64,000 nucleotides of DNA from Candidatus Paceibacter sp. (GTDB taxonomy: Bacteria > Patescibacteriota > Minisyncoccia > UBA6257 > 02-FULL-45-10c), in the NCBI GenBank assembly GCA_020724845.1, contig DYGE01000001.1, positions 58,218 to 122,217 of the forward strand, in the 5' to 3' direction. Below the pieces are notes generated by a model. It was not told where the DNA came from. It did not search any database and saw only the letters and a list, made by a program, of their open reading frames with translations. The position numbers and the translations under genes were made by a program. Shown here in pieces: positions 44,583-53,668 of the stretch. Each line of letters starts with the position of its first letter. The stretch's first letter is position 1.

Positions 44583-45566
44583 ATGGCAACTGGAATGTTA
44601 TCGGAAAATCCAGTAAGGGAAACTACGCTGGCGGTTCTCAAGCGGGCAAGGAACGTAAAAATTAGGAAGAGGCCTATTAAAGAATTGGCCGCTAGCTGGG
44701 CGCAGAGATCCCTGCGCCTGCCTGCTTGGCGGAGCGACATGCACTTCAGCGCGCCCCACGACGAAGAAGCGATGTTGGATTATCTGATCATACTTGATTC
44801 TTTAAACTTCTGTTTTTGGAACCCGGAAGGCAAACGGTGGCAAATCCTCTACAACGGCAAGCTTTACGACGGTTATTTCGCTCTTTCTCTCGCCTTAAAA
44901 GATTTTTTTGAAGCATATCCCGACAAAGCTAACCTTAAGTATTTTTCAAATATTTCCTTTAAAAAATTCCGCGAACTTCTTCAAGGAGGCAAAAACCTCC
45001 TGCTACTAAAAAAGCGCTGGGAAATCGTAAAAAAAGTAAGCCGACACTTGGTTGAAAACTACAAGGCAAGCTCCAAGCAATTCGTGCTTTCCGGCAACCG
45101 GCAATTCTCTATTTTAATTCCTAAAATCGCGGCTGAACTCTTCGCTTTTGACGATCAGGCTATCTATCAAGAAAGCAATGTCTATCTTTGGAAACGAGCG
45201 CAGATTCTGGCAGTGGACATCTGCGCGGCCCTAGGCGGGCGCGGAACCTATAAGTTCAAGGACCCCGGATATCCAACCACTTTCCCTGATTATCGCATTC
45301 CTCAAATCCTGGAACACCTGGATATTATTGAGTATTCGCCAAAGCTGAAAGGGTTAATAAAGAATCGCAGCCTTCTTCCGAAGGCTTCGCGAGAAGAGAT
45401 TGAGATTCGCGCCGCCACTGTTTGGGCGATAGAATATCTGAAAGAAGCGCTGAAAAGGAAAGGCAAAGAACTGCGATCTTTTGAAATAGATTGGCTGCTT
45501 TGGAATGAAAGCAAACTTGGGAAACTGCGGCTCCCTCATCATAGAACAGAAACTTGGTTTTACTGA
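44583..45566 (+). CDS. DUF2419-like queuosine salvage protein (Qng1 homologue)
   Basis: 327 aa with FCFWN and C-terminal LW/HHRT segments, immediately downstream of tgt. Family assignment is from memory. Confidence 0.55.
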   Translation: MATGMLSENPVRETTLAVLKRARNVKIRKRPIKELAASWAQRSLRLPAWRSDMHFSAPHDEEAMLDYLIILDSLNFCFWNPEGKRWQILYNGKLYDGYFALSLALKDFFEAYPDKANLKYFSNISFKKFRELLQGGKNLLLLKKRWEIVKKVSRHLVENYKASSKQFVLSGNRQFSILIPKIAAELFAFDDQAIYQESNVYLWKRAQILAVDICAALGGRGTYKFKDPGYPTTFPDYRIPQILEHLDIIEYSPKLKGLIKNRSLLPKASREEIEIRAATVWAIEYLKEALKRKGKELRSFEIDWLLWNESKLGKLRLPHHRTETWFY

Positions 45567-45596
45567 AAATCCCCCGTTCGGGGGATTTTATATTTC
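45566..45596. terminator. Bidirectional terminator (atcccccgttcgggggat + T-run)
   Basis: Read directly. Confidence 0.7.
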
Positions 45597-45809
45597 CAAA
45601 ACTTTCTCCCTGGCAGAGCTGCCCTTGATAATTTTTATGCTTGACTGCGGAACACCAAAGTATTCGGCCAAAGCCTCAATCAACGCCTTATTGGCCTTCC
45701 CCTTCTCCGGCGCGGCTTGAACGCGCACTTTATAAGTGCCTTCTTTGATTTTCTCTACCTTTGTGTTTTTAGATTTAGGATAAACTCTAGCAAAAATCTT
45801 ACGATTCAT
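45588..45809 (-). CDS. DUF167 (YggU/UPF0235) family protein
   Basis: YKVRVQAAPEKGKANKALIEALAEYFGV...SAREKV is a close match to the YggU consensus. Confidence 0.75.
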   Translation of the reverse strand: MNRKIFARVYPKSKNTKVEKIKEGTYKVRVQAAPEKGKANKALIEALAEYFGVPQSSIKIIKGSSAREKVLEI

Positions 45810-45821
45810 TATTTAATGATA

Positions 45822-45858
45822 ACAAAAATAAAACGCCCCGAGTTAATGGGGCGTTTTA
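45822..45858 (-). terminator. Terminator after DoxX gene (aacgccccgagttaatggggcgtt)
   Basis: Hairpin with T-run on the minus strand. Confidence 0.65.
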
Positions 45859-45869
45859 TATCCTCTTGT

Positions 45870-46334
45870 TTACCCAAGCCACTTCTTGTACCACTCAGAT
45901 TGGCCCATTGCCAGCCAGCCGTCCAGCCCCCAGACCCTGCCAGCCCGCAGTGATGCGAAAACAGCTAAAACCAGCGCGTAGACGATGTGTTCGTCCACTA
46001 AGTAAGAATGCGTGCTAATATACGGGAACTCTAGAACCGGGAAATAATAAAGAATCATCAGCAGGGCTCCTAATGAAGACCCTAATCGAACAGAAAAACC
46101 GAGCAATAATAAAACTCCCAATAGAGTCAATCCCCATTCATTTAGGAAATTTACTGCCGGCAATAAGTTGGATTGAGCCAGCCAACCGTAAAATCCTGAA
46201 AATGTTTTGGCAGCGTTTAGATAGCCAGCCGCGGACCACTCCGGATTCAAGACCTTGGTAATGCCGGCGTAGAACATCAACCAGCCCATAGCCAGCCGCA
46301 AGAGAACCCAGGATAATTTTTGCGCTTTAGTCAT
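45870..46334 (-). CDS. DoxX family membrane protein
   Basis: 154 aa, 4 TM helices. Confidence 0.75.
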   Translation of the reverse strand: MTKAQKLSWVLLRLAMGWLMFYAGITKVLNPEWSAAGYLNAAKTFSGFYGWLAQSNLLPAVNFLNEWGLTLLGVLLLLGFSVRLGSSLGALLMILYYFPVLEFPYISTHSYLVDEHIVYALVLAVFASLRAGRVWGLDGWLAMGQSEWYKKWLG

Positions 46335-46411
46335 TGTTATTTCAGTAAAAAACTAAAAAACGACCTTTGTATGTATTATAACAAATAGCCAGATTATAGT
46401 CGGAGTAAGAC

Positions 46412-47563
46412 TTAAGTTTGCTTATTGAGTAACTCTAGAATTAGCTTTGCTGTATAATGGCCATTGATAAAGGCGTCTTCCGTACTCGGTACGTCATGGT
46501 CGTTGGCTAAAAACACATTTGGCAAGGGGTTCGAATCAATATATTGATCTCCGTAGAAAAACAAAGCCGGCTCCCATTTATCGTGCGCAATTACTTCCCA
46601 GTTATCAAAATATTTCGAGACGTTGTCCCGTTCGCCGTAAAAATACAAGTAGCTGCCATCCCTTTCCCTGGAAATTACTGCCCCTTCTTCAATAGGGAAA
46701 AAGTTATACCATGAGACATCGTAAGGCTTCTTAAGCTTCCCCTGTAAGTGATAATAATTCACGTTTATCCCGCCTTTTATTTTTTGAGGTTTCACCACAT
46801 GGGACAAAAGATTGTTAGCAACGTCCATTGGAGTAGCTAAGACTAGGATATCGCACTGATAGACCTCCCCAGACTTTGATTCTAATCGGAATTTCTTTTC
46901 TGAACGGGTAATTTTAATAATTGAACCAAGAATGATATCACCTTTGAAGGGAGAGGTTAATTTTTCAAAATTGAACTTAAACGAATAGCTGGGGACTATA
47001 ACAGTGAGAAGCACTCCCAAGAAAACTGTTGCGGAGACATTTCTTGGATCGGTGAAAAAAGCGGCCCACAAAAACTGCTCTAAATATTCCCTAGTAAGTT
47101 TTTCCAAGCCGTGTTTTTTAATATAATCGCCCGCCTTTTGGTGATAAAGCTCTTTCAAATACGGATCGGCTTCTATAAGTTCTTGATAAGAAATATCTTT
47201 GGCCGATTTCCTGACTCGCTGGACATGCCGGCGAAATTTGAATAGCTCTATTAGCAGTCGTATACCCGCGGGTATATGCTTTACCATTCGCAGAGAGTAC
47301 GCGTGGTAATGCTTGCCGTCTTTATGAAAATGCGCCTTTCCAAAATGGACCAAATCAATCTTTTCAACATAAGAGAGAACATTATGGCAATCGGCGGTTA
47401 TATAATAAGCGCCATAATTAATCTCTCCATCCGGCGACGTCTTAACCCTGCCGCCTATATTTTCGGTGATAATTTTAAATGGTATTTTATTTTCCGAAAG
47501 CCGCTTCGCGCACCCTAAGCCGCTCAATCCCGCGCCAACTATAATAATATCCTGCTTCTTCAT
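46412..47563 (-). CDS. NAD(P)/FAD-dependent oxidoreductase (amine-oxidase/PPO-like Rossmann family)
   Basis: IIVGAGLSGLGCA dinucleotide-binding motif; 383 aa. Confidence 0.7.
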   Translation of the reverse strand: MKKQDIIIVGAGLSGLGCAKRLSENKIPFKIITENIGGRVKTSPDGEINYGAYYITADCHNVLSYVEKIDLVHFGKAHFHKDGKHYHAYSLRMVKHIPAGIRLLIELFKFRRHVQRVRKSAKDISYQELIEADPYLKELYHQKAGDYIKKHGLEKLTREYLEQFLWAAFFTDPRNVSATVFLGVLLTVIVPSYSFKFNFEKLTSPFKGDIILGSIIKITRSEKKFRLESKSGEVYQCDILVLATPMDVANNLLSHVVKPQKIKGGINVNYYHLQGKLKKPYDVSWYNFFPIEEGAVISRERDGSYLYFYGERDNVSKYFDNWEVIAHDKWEPALFFYGDQYIDSNPLPNVFLANDHDVPSTEDAFINGHYTAKLILELLNKQT

Positions 47564-47602
47564 GATTATATATTCATTGTAATATTACTCCGATTACATT
47601 TC

Positions 47603-47645
47603 AAAAATAAAATAACCGTCATCTGGAAGGTTATTTTATTTATTA
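47603..47645. terminator. AT-rich hairpin terminator (ataacc...ggttat)
   Basis: Flanked by A and T runs. Confidence 0.45.
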
Positions 47646-47656
47646 CTGGCGTTTGC

Positions 47657-48037
47657 TTATTTAAACCACTCCCTCCAATTCTGGGGCCATCCCCGCATCA
47701 AAAGGAGGGCTAAGGGCGCTCCCCAATTAGCAAATCTTTCAACGAAATCCCAGATCGGCTCCCCCGCGATCGGCCTAAGCAAGGCCGTCCATATCCCCCA
47801 GAAAGTCATCCAGAGAAGAGCTATGTTCACTGGGCGTACTAAAACTAAAACCGCGAGTAAAACATCCATCGCCCCGATTAATGGGAGCAGTGTCATGGCG
47901 GATTCCGGAGATAATCCTACGGCCGTAAAATAAGGTATCCAACCTTGTTTAGCTTGAAGAGCGAAAACACCGTGACCGAGAAATTCTCCAGCCACCGCTA
48001 TCCTCAACACCCACTCCGCTTTTTTTATCGAATCCAT
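47657..48037 (-). CDS. Small DoxX/MauE-like membrane protein
   Basis: 126 aa, 4 TM helices. Confidence 0.45.
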   Translation of the reverse strand: MDSIKKAEWVLRIAVAGEFLGHGVFALQAKQGWIPYFTAVGLSPESAMTLLPLIGAMDVLLAVLVLVRPVNIALLWMTFWGIWTALLRPIAGEPIWDFVERFANWGAPLALLLMRGWPQNWREWFK

Positions 48038-48049
48038 AATATAGTGCTT

Positions 48050-48550
48050 TTAATTATGCGACCTTTGTAAAGATTCCGGCTTGTTGAGTAGGTATAATAC
48101 CCCCATACCTAACAAAAATAGTAAAGTAGATGTAATAGCAGATAATATACAGTACAGACAGATAGCTTTAATAACAAAAATTTGAAGATAAACAAACCAG
48201 GCCGAGGCTAAAATTCCAAAAATTGTAAGGTGTGACGCGACTTTCAAAAATTTTATATCCCGAGTTTCCGCGTAGGCAATGCTAAGCAAGAAAATAGTTC
48301 CATAGTAAATCGCACCCGCTAAAGCTACCGGAATTCCAAAAACAACCGCGTACTCGCTGGTAGTAACCAATTCACATCCATTAAGTATCGAACATTGAAG
48401 CGGTACGCCAAAGTAGTGGGCTGCCGTCAAATAAGAAGCGTCTAAAAATCCTAAGAAACTTAAAATCAAAAAAGCATAACCAGGCCAGGCTGGAATTTTG
48501 AATACGCCGCTATTGGGTGGCGTTGATAATAATGTTTCTGAACTCATCAT
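48050..48550 (-). CDS. Vitamin K epoxide reductase (VKOR) family protein
   Basis: Polytopic with the CLYC active-site CxxC in the last TM helix and loop Cys pair; overlaps the DsbA gene by 41 nt. Confidence 0.8.
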   Translation of the reverse strand: MMSSETLLSTPPNSGVFKIPAWPGYAFLILSFLGFLDASYLTAAHYFGVPLQCSILNGCELVTTSEYAVVFGIPVALAGAIYYGTIFLLSIAYAETRDIKFLKVASHLTIFGILASAWFVYLQIFVIKAICLYCILSAITSTLLFLLGMGVLYLLNKPESLQRSHN

Positions 48551-49232
48551 AGCTTCTTGGGTTTTGAATTTGGACGCCGTTTAAAAAGAAGGTTGGCGTG
48601 CTATTAACCCCGCTCTTCAAGCCGCCCAGATAGTCCTCTCTCACCTTTTCCTTCACTTCCTTTGAATCAGTATCAATCCTGTACTGTTCCAAATTCAAAC
48701 CAAGCGATACGGCATATCCCTCAAATACCGATTCCGCATTTCGCAAGTTTGACCAACTGCTTTGGTTCTCAAAAATTAGATCGTGCATTTCCCAAAATTG
48801 CCCCTGCTTGCCGGCAGCCTCCGCGGCCCGCGCGGCTAATTCGGCATGAGGATGCTGCTGCAGCGGAAAATGGCGATAGATTAACCGAAGTTGAGCGCCA
48901 AATTCTTCAGAAAGCTGTTTTACTAACGGGAAATAAGCTCCGCATGCCGGGCATTGAAAATCACTGTACTCAACAAGTGTTAGCCGCGCTTCTGGGTTGC
49001 CTTTCAGTTGATCGTTGGAAGAAATCACTGAACCGAGCATTAGTGCCGGATCAGTGTTTTGGGTAAGCCGAACCATAAGAAAAAATACTCCGGCCAAAGC
49101 CCCGACAGCCAAAACTCCGACACTGGCGCGCCTTAAAAAGCGCTTTCTATGCCTCTGCTTATGCTCCGCTTCTTTTTCTTTTTGGCGAAGCTCCCGCTTC
49201 TCCTGTTTTGTAAGTTGCTCGTTATTATTCAT
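48510..49232 (-). CDS. DsbA-family thiol:disulfide oxidoreductase
   Basis: FQCPACGAYFP CxxC thioredoxin fold; N-terminal anchor. Confidence 0.85.
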   Translation of the reverse strand: MNNNEQLTKQEKRELRQKEKEAEHKQRHRKRFLRRASVGVLAVGALAGVFFLMVRLTQNTDPALMLGSVISSNDQLKGNPEARLTLVEYSDFQCPACGAYFPLVKQLSEEFGAQLRLIYRHFPLQQHPHAELAARAAEAAGKQGQFWEMHDLIFENQSSWSNLRNAESVFEGYAVSLGLNLEQYRIDTDSKEVKEKVREDYLGGLKSGVNSTPTFFLNGVQIQNPRSYDEFRNIIINATQ

Positions 49233-49257
49233 CGCGTAACTATATTAACATATATTT

Positions 49258-50454
49258 TTATAGTCTAACAACTTTATAAATCACCCCGGCTTTGTCATCC
49301 GATATGTATAACGAACCATCCGGCTGAACCAAAATATCGACTGGGCGCCCCAAAGCAGTGCCATCTTCTTGAAGCCACCCGCTTATAAAATCTTCCACCC
49401 CGATATAAGTACCGTCTTTGTCCAATTTGTATCTGACAATTTTGTATCCGGTAGGTTCGGTACGATTCCAAGAGCCGTGGAAAGCCACTAGAAGATCATG
49501 CCAATAATCCTCCGGCCAACCGTCGCTCTCCGGAATAAAAGCCAGCCCGAGAGGCGCTGAATGAGCCGGTATGTCTATATACGAAGGAGTCTCAAACGGC
49601 TCGGAGCAGGGATTGCGGATATAAGTATTTTTATCAAATTCAGCATCGTGAATGTTGTTGCCGTAACAAATGGGCCAACCATAATTCTCCCCTTCTTTAA
49701 TGACATTAATTTCGTCCGGGGGCAAATCATCGCCCAGTAAATCCCGGCCCATTTCTGTAGCCCATATTTCTTTAGTGACCGGGTGGATCGCCATGAAAAC
49801 CGAATTCCGCAAACCTCTGGCGAAAACGTCTAGATTGGTTCCGTCAGGACTGGCAGAAAGTATTTTTGCTCTCCTCCAGTCGGCTTCTTCGCAAACGTTG
49901 CAGCTGGAACCGACCGAGATAAGCAGCCGGCTATTGTCCGGAGTAAACAAAATAGTCCGCGTAAAATGATTGCCTCCGCCCGGCAGATTTACAATCGTCT
50001 TCTTGCCGGAGGCCTTAGAGTCGGCGTAAAGATACTCCGCCACCCGGTCTGCTTCAGCTATGTATAGTTTGCAGCCATTTACGCATCTGAATGCAAAACC
50101 ATGCGGACGGTTCAGTCCTTCGGCAATGGTTAGAATTTCATCAGCGGATCCGTCTTGGTCGCGATCCGGTAACGCCACTACCTTATTCTCCGAAAGCAGA
50201 CTGGCCACTAAATTTCCGTCCGGATCAAGCTGCAAAACTCGCGGCCTGCCTAAATTTTCAGCGTAAATAGAAATCCCAAATCCCCTAGCCAATTCAAGCG
50301 GCATATCAGTGGTATTAATAACTCTGCTGATATCCTCCGATGGAGGCCTGATCGCCGGGGCAATGCCGCGCAAATTATTCCAGGCAAAATAAGCTGCCCA
50401 AAGAATAGCCGCCATTAATGCCAGTAAAATTACAGACTTGAAGTATGGCCGCAT
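49258..50454 (-). CDS. PQQ-dependent sugar dehydrogenase (soluble aldose/sorbosone DH beta-propeller)
   Basis: GLRNSVFMAIHP, EMGRD, GENYGWP motifs. Confidence 0.85.
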   Translation of the reverse strand: MRPYFKSVILLALMAAILWAAYFAWNNLRGIAPAIRPPSEDISRVINTTDMPLELARGFGISIYAENLGRPRVLQLDPDGNLVASLLSENKVVALPDRDQDGSADEILTIAEGLNRPHGFAFRCVNGCKLYIAEADRVAEYLYADSKASGKKTIVNLPGGGNHFTRTILFTPDNSRLLISVGSSCNVCEEADWRRAKILSASPDGTNLDVFARGLRNSVFMAIHPVTKEIWATEMGRDLLGDDLPPDEINVIKEGENYGWPICYGNNIHDAEFDKNTYIRNPCSEPFETPSYIDIPAHSAPLGLAFIPESDGWPEDYWHDLLVAFHGSWNRTEPTGYKIVRYKLDKDGTYIGVEDFISGWLQEDGTALGRPVDILVQPDGSLYISDDKAGVIYKVVRL

Positions 50455-50532
50455 TTTAACTTAATAATACCACGCAAAACGTAATTTGCAGATTCAGCGA
50501 AATCGTGATATCTTATAGCAATTACTAAGCAT

Positions 50533-51777
50533 ATGGCTAAACTCTTTTATCACCGGATAGAAAACTTCAACCGGCTGGATGCTATCAAAGGCATCGAAGG
50601 CTACTGCAAGCGGGTGCTTACGATGACTTCTTCTTTGGAGGACATTGTTCTTCTGGATTGGTATGAAGACATTGTCTTCCCTCCGCCGGAACTTGCTTTG
50701 CTCAACAAGATGGGACTGGGAGTAAAAGAAGAAAATCTCTTTGTTGTAAAATTTGATCACCGGAAAAGTTGGCACGATAACCATTTGAATAACAAAGATG
50801 TCATTGAGGCGCTGAAGAAAAAGGATCTGGAAAAACTTCTTCCTTTTACCGGTAAATCAACAATCGCGCATCTGCTCGCGCAAGAGCTAGGCATCCCGAT
50901 AGCAAGCTGTCCGGCGGACATTGCCGTTTGGGCCGAAGACAAATCAACTCTGCCGCTTCTCACCGATCAAGACACAGTAACCAGGCGGTTTCTTTGCAGA
51001 AACAAGCAAGGGGTATTGGCTAAGTGGGAGAAATTGCAAAAACTCCCAGGCTTCCCGGGAATGGGCGTCATTAAAAATTGTCAAAGCGCTTCTGGCTTAG
51101 GCAGTTCAGTGGTGCGTGACAAAGAAGATATTGAATTGTTTCTAGGAACTTACGATTTCGGCGAGCTTGGCGAAGCAGTTATAGAAGAGTGGTATCACGA
51201 TGCCGACACCCGCGCTCCGAGCATCAACGCCTTCATAAAAAAGGACGGGGCCGCTAAAGAATTGTTTATTTCTGATCAGATCCTTGAGGAAAAAGTAGAT
51301 TTCGGGAAAGAAGGCACTAGGGTTCATATGGGAAACTTAAAGCCATCTACCTACCCAGAGGATGTTCAGGGGAAAATCCGAACTATAACGCTCGAATTAA
51401 TTGAAAAATTAAAGCAAAACGGATATTGGGGCCCGGTTGGTTTTGATACTATCGTGCTGCCGGATAATAGCGTTAGAGTGGTAGAAATTAACCCCAGAGT
51501 CACCGGGCCTCATTACGGCTTCCGTCCGGCAGAACGCTTTGGTTGCGGATATTTCAGGCTGCGAAACGAAGAGAATTTGAAAAAAGAAATCGATATCCAT
51601 AGGCTAGAAACCGCTCTTGGCGGCTTGATCTTTTCTCCAGGCAAAAGCGCCGGATATATTCCTTTTAACTTCTATTCGGGTAAAAAATTTACCGGCGTAG
51701 CAATCGCTAAAACTTTTGAAGAGCGAAATGAGCTTTGTAAAGAACTGGACGCGGTTCTTGAGAAAATCAAGCGGTAA
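50533..51777 (+). CDS. ATP-grasp fold protein with unknown N-terminal domain
   Basis: C-terminal VVEINPRVTGP (ExN loop) and an upstream GLGSSVV glycine-rich loop. Confidence 0.6.
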   Translation: MAKLFYHRIENFNRLDAIKGIEGYCKRVLTMTSSLEDIVLLDWYEDIVFPPPELALLNKMGLGVKEENLFVVKFDHRKSWHDNHLNNKDVIEALKKKDLEKLLPFTGKSTIAHLLAQELGIPIASCPADIAVWAEDKSTLPLLTDQDTVTRRFLCRNKQGVLAKWEKLQKLPGFPGMGVIKNCQSASGLGSSVVRDKEDIELFLGTYDFGELGEAVIEEWYHDADTRAPSINAFIKKDGAAKELFISDQILEEKVDFGKEGTRVHMGNLKPSTYPEDVQGKIRTITLELIEKLKQNGYWGPVGFDTIVLPDNSVRVVEINPRVTGPHYGFRPAERFGCGYFRLRNEENLKKEIDIHRLETALGGLIFSPGKSAGYIPFNFYSGKKFTGVAIAKTFEERNELCKELDAVLEKIKR

Positions 51778-51787
51778 CCAGCACGGA

Positions 51788-52639
51788 CTACACGGCGGAA
51801 TAAGAGGTTATCAGCAAGTAGGTTGCTATGGTAGTAATGACGTATAAAACCAGGCCGGTTGCCAAATCTGAGCGCAAAAATTTCCCGGCAAAGAGATAAA
51901 CAGCAATTGTACTGAAAGCAAAAGGGATAAACCCCAAATAACCGAAAACTGGCATTTCAAATAAACGCGGCATATCCGGCCAGATTATATACCGCCACTT
52001 GCCGCCGGCCCAAAAGTTCAAAAATTCCCACAAGAACCCGCTGACCAGCCCGCTCACAACTAAAGACAGCCAAAAGCTCGCTTTTTTCGAATCGGCGGAG
52101 GTAATTACAAACGGTAAAAGAATGAAAAAAGGGCCGGCCCACATAAAATTATTCAGCCAAACCGATCCGGTGAAAAATATAGGTACCATGCAAAAAGCTC
52201 CAAATAGTATGAAAATAACTCTGTATTTTAATACGAAATTTTTCCCGGCACCTGAAACCGGAAAAGCGCTGAATGGTCCGGTAAAAAACCAAACTATTTC
52301 CGCGATGATCGGGATCACGGTCCCAAATGACAGAAAGCTAAGCAGCAGCCTGTTAGCAACTCCCGGAACAATCCCCTCGTAAACCCACTGTGGGGTTATC
52401 AAATTTACAAATTCGTAATAAACCCAAAAAAGAGTAGAAAGGGGTATGATCACCAATAAAAATTTTTTAAAGTCACTGATAAGGAGTGACTTTTTCCAGC
52501 GCCAGAGATTAATCTCGTCCGCTATCAATATCAAACCCCACCAAATAATTGGATAAACTACCAGCGACAGGTTTTCAAAACTGCCAAATAATACAGACGC
52601 GCCAAAAACAGCAAGTATGGTGCTAATTAGAAGCCGCAT
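51788..52639 (-). CDS. Hypothetical polytopic membrane protein
   Basis: 283 aa, 8 or more TM helices. Confidence 0.5.
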   Translation of the reverse strand: MRLLISTILAVFGASVLFGSFENLSLVVYPIIWWGLILIADEINLWRWKKSLLISDFKKFLLVIIPLSTLFWVYYEFVNLITPQWVYEGIVPGVANRLLLSFLSFGTVIPIIAEIVWFFTGPFSAFPVSGAGKNFVLKYRVIFILFGAFCMVPIFFTGSVWLNNFMWAGPFFILLPFVITSADSKKASFWLSLVVSGLVSGFLWEFLNFWAGGKWRYIIWPDMPRLFEMPVFGYLGFIPFAFSTIAVYLFAGKFLRSDLATGLVLYVITTIATYLLITSYSAV

Positions 52640-52913
52640 CGCTCTTTTGCAATAAGCGCATAATATAAATGGTAACCACCACTACTACGATAGTAATGCC
52701 AATGGCATATATGAATTTGGCCAACAGAGTGTTCTTTTCAATCGGGAAGAGGTAGTTGATTAAGGAGATCACCGCGTCATTCCAGGCCAAGCCGGCAACC
52801 AGACCAAGTCCTCCGGCTAAGTAGCCGGCTACTTTCTGTCGCACCTCCTTAGCTACCCTCTCACTGTCCTGCTTCATATCAAAAATAGATGTTTTAGGAT
52901 CCTTTATTGCCAT
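52623..52913 (-). CDS. Small membrane protein
   Basis: 96 aa, two TM helices. Confidence 0.45.
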   Translation of the reverse strand: MAIKDPKTSIFDMKQDSERVAKEVRQKVAGYLAGGLGLVAGLAWNDAVISLINYLFPIEKNTLLAKFIYAIGITIVVVVVTIYIMRLLQKSDAASN

Positions 52914-52926
52914 ATTGTTTTTCTAT

Positions 52927-53649
52927 TTATTTTTCTTTCTCTTTTTCCTTTTGCTCCTCTTTGGCTGCCTTTTCTTGTTCTTTTTCGATCTCTTTTCCCT
53001 TGGCCAGAACCTTGCTTTCCGCTTTATAAAACTTTAAAAGAGAAAATACTACAAAGCTGCCGAGAATGATCCCAACCAGGTTGGAAAAGAAGACCAGGAA
53101 ATAAAACCGCGCGGTGGCGAGATCTAATGTGCTTAACCAAATCCCCACCAAGCTAAGCGGCGGCACTAAAGAGACGGCAATCGCTATGCCAGGAAGCACA
53201 TCCGCTATTTCCTTTCTTATCCAGGCGAAAGTAGCCGCCGCGCCGGAGGCTGCCGCTATAATGAAATATAAAACTGCCGCTCGGAAAGTATTCTCTAAAA
53301 TCTGCGAACTTTCAGCAGTGCCAAAAAGAAGAGCCAATATAGCTGAAATTGCGATTACTAAGGCAAAGGACTTGCCCATTAAAGCTGCCACGCTTCTTAT
53401 CGCCCCAACCTCTCCGACAACCAGGCCTAGCGCTACAACCAAAATCGGCGTAAGTACTGGCGTGACCAACATGCCGCCAATAACAATTGAGGCATTATTA
53501 ATTAAAAGACCGGAGGCGATAATAATGATTGAAAGAATAAGCAGCGTGTAATAAACCGTATTGGACTGGCTTCTCTTAAAAAGCTCGTCAATAGTTTTAT
53601 ATTGTTCTGTCCTGCTTATTTCCAGAATTTTCCCTTCGGTTTTCTCCAT
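52927..53649 (-). CDS. DUF389-like hydrophobic-domain protein with KE-rich tail
   Basis: IGGMLVTPVLTPILVVALG pattern; C-terminal EKEQEKAAKEEQKEKEKEK. Confidence 0.5.
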   Translation of the reverse strand: MEKTEGKILEISRTEQYKTIDELFKRSQSNTVYYTLLILSIIIIASGLLINNASIVIGGMLVTPVLTPILVVALGLVVGEVGAIRSVAALMGKSFALVIAISAILALLFGTAESSQILENTFRAAVLYFIIAAASGAAATFAWIRKEIADVLPGIAIAVSLVPPLSLVGIWLSTLDLATARFYFLVFFSNLVGIILGSFVVFSLLKFYKAESKVLAKGKEIEKEQEKAAKEEQKEKEKEK

Positions 53650-53668
53650 AAATTTAATAATACAACAT

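Noticed and set aside
46520-46545. GGGGTTCGAATC T-loop-like sequence suggesting a tRNA
   Set aside because: No flanking acceptor, D or anticodon stems can be drawn; it lies inside the FAD oxidoreductase CDS.
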